Positions 32,216-33,519 of a stretch of DNA of 33,519 nucleotides are shown here, piece after piece. How positions within the stretch are numbered: the stretch's first letter is position 1; each line of letters opens with the position of its first letter. A program made the translations under genes and the position numbers. The notes beneath the pieces are model-generated. The model was not told where the DNA came from. It ran no database searches and saw only the letters and a list, made by a program, of their open reading frames with translations. Source of the DNA: a virus; IMG/VR virus record IMGVR_UViG_3300045988_174234; one strand, 5' to 3'.

Positions 32216-33229
32216 ATGAAGGGTATCAAATACACGGCGAAAGAAAAAGAAAACGCGCTTAAAAAATGGATAGTTGACGGCGAGGACGTTTTCAAGGTTG
32301 CAAAGAAAACAAAATGCACGATACAAAGTCTTTATCGGTGGCGGAGAGCCTACGACGGCACAACGGACAGTTTGAAAAACAAATCAAGTCGCCCGCACAC
32401 GCCGCACCCGAACGCGCACACGCCCGAAGAAACGGCACAAATTGCCGAAGTATTCAAATCGCACCCCGATATAAGTTACGCCGAGGCGTTGGGCATACTT
32501 CGCACCGACTACGGCTACGCGCGGACGTATGGCGGATTTTACCGCTTTTTAATGAAACATAAAATACGCCCCGTGCGGGAAATAAACCCGTATATCGCAA
32601 AGCCGTACGATACGCCCGAAATGTTCGGCGTAAAAATGCAAATGGACGTCAAATACGTTCCGTTAGAGTGTAACGTCGGCAAATACAAACACGAGCGATA
32701 TTATCAATATACAATGATTGACGAGGCAACGCGGGAGCGGTTTATATACCCTTACAAGGAAAAAAGCGGATACTCGACCGTCGATTTTATCAAACGCGCG
32801 ATAATTTACTTCGGTTATTTGCCCGCTATCATTCAAACCGACAACGGCACGGAATTTACAAACCCGAAAGGCACGGGCGAAGGCAAAGTCCACGCCGTCG
32901 ATCAGTTATTAAACCGACTCCGCATAAAACATAAATTGATACGCGTTTACACGCCACGCCACAATGGAAAAGTTGAACGCTCACACCGCACCGATCAAGA
33001 AAATTTTTATAATCATTTAACCTTTTCAACCTTTGAAGAATTACGCGAAAAAATGCACGCTTGGCTCGTGCGTTATAATCATTGCCCGCACTCGTCTTTA
33101 CGTGATAAATACGGGCGGCGGTCGTGGATTACACCGCTACAAAAGCGCGCCGAACTTATGGAAGTTTTGAAATCGGCAACGCTCGACGCGGGCTATCGGG
33201 TCAAATTCTTGAAGAAAAAAGCCGCCTAA
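32216..33229 (+). CDS. DDE (rve integrase-core) transposase/integrase with N-terminal HTH
   Basis: 337 aa. Contains KMQMDVKYV (D), AIIQTDNGTEF (D) and YTPRHNGKVERSHRT (E). N-terminal HTH-like KVAKKTKCTIQSLYRWRRAY. Resembles IS481/IS3-type transposases. Confidence 0.8.
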   Translation: MKGIKYTAKEKENALKKWIVDGEDVFKVAKKTKCTIQSLYRWRRAYDGTTDSLKNKSSRPHTPHPNAHTPEETAQIAEVFKSHPDISYAEALGILRTDYGYARTYGGFYRFLMKHKIRPVREINPYIAKPYDTPEMFGVKMQMDVKYVPLECNVGKYKHERYYQYTMIDEATRERFIYPYKEKSGYSTVDFIKRAIIYFGYLPAIIQTDNGTEFTNPKGTGEGKVHAVDQLLNRLRIKHKLIRVYTPRHNGKVERSHRTDQENFYNHLTFSTFEELREKMHAWLVRYNHCPHSSLRDKYGRRSWITPLQKRAELMEVLKSATLDAGYRVKFLKKKAA

Positions 33230-33308
33230 CGAAACTTAACACCGCCGACGCGCCGCGTCTATTATCGCCGCGGTTGTTTTCTTATGCCCTTTTACAAGTT
33301 AAAACAAC

Positions 33309-33347
33309 GGGGATTGCCACACAACACGACGGCAACCCCCTTATTTT
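33309..33347 (+). terminator. Intrinsic terminator candidate after the transposase gene
   Basis: ggggattgcc ... ggcaacccc stem followed by cttatttt. Confidence 0.5.
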
Positions 33348-33420
33348 GCCTATTTTAGGGCGTCAAAACCCCGAAAATAAAAATAATTTAGAAAATTTCT
33401 TAAAATCTCTTAAAAAACGA

Positions 33421-33449
33421 TTGACAAAACAACAGTGAAGATTTACAAT
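33421..33449 (+). promoter_or_regulatory. Early promoter spanning the contig junction
   Basis: TTGACA-aaacaacagtgaagatt(17)-TACAAT (the -10 box is also present at 10-15). It is preceded by A-tracts in 10-bp phase at 33392, 33402 and 33412 (UP-element-like). Confidence 0.65.
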
Positions 33450-33519
33450 AGGTTTGTTAAAAATTGATAAGCCTATTGCCCGCAAGAACTAAAAAACACC
33501 GCAATTTATAGGTTTGTCA
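33435..33519. repeat. Terminal direct repeat, right copy
   Basis: Identical to 1-85. Confidence 0.95.

Noticed and set aside
1-33519. Search for CRISPR arrays, tRNA/tmRNA genes and additional TR-like or VR-like copies
   Set aside because: No regularly spaced direct repeats, no cloverleaf-like GC-rich ~75-nt segments in the intergenic gaps, and no second match to the ggctccgtccttgccgttggtggg core were seen by eye. A tRNAscan/minCED/BLAST self-comparison would settle this.

Overview
The window is a complete phage genome that closes on itself. Bases 1-85 are identical to 33435-33519, giving a unique length of 33,434 bp. It looks like a temperate, HK97-type siphovirus-like tailed phage with Gram-positive-style expression signals (AGGAGG Shine-Dalgarno sites, several GTG/TTG starts). 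Nearly all genes are on the + strand, in this order. (1) An early/DNA-metabolism module: RHH regulator, PAPS-reductase-like protein, three DNA methyltransferases (one interrupted at a G8 tract), a HAD hydrolase and an HUH rolling-circle Rep preceded by about 550 bp of structured non-coding DNA. (2) Packaging and head genes: terS-like protein, HNH/P-loop fusion, P27-like terS, TerL, portal, prohead protease and major capsid. (3) Tail genes: connectors, major tail protein, G/GT chaperone with an A_AAA_AAC -1 frameshift site, tape measure, Dit, Tal-like protein and fibres. (4) A diversity-generating retroelement (DGR) at the end of the tail-fibre locus. (5) A holin-containing cassette with no recognisable endolysin. 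(6) A leftward immunity operon: XRE repressor plus a membrane-anchored HIRAN protein. (7) A rightward early region with near-consensus promoters and a palindromic operator, ending in a DDE (rve) transposase/integrase. The strongest system-level finding is the DGR. A template repeat at 27135-27266 matches the 3' end of CDS 26000-27046 with mismatches only at template adenines. It is followed by a DGR-type reverse transcriptase, and no Avd-like accessory gene is visible. No tRNA, rRNA or CRISPR array was seen. All functional names come from motif recognition by eye and need HMM or structure searches to confirm.
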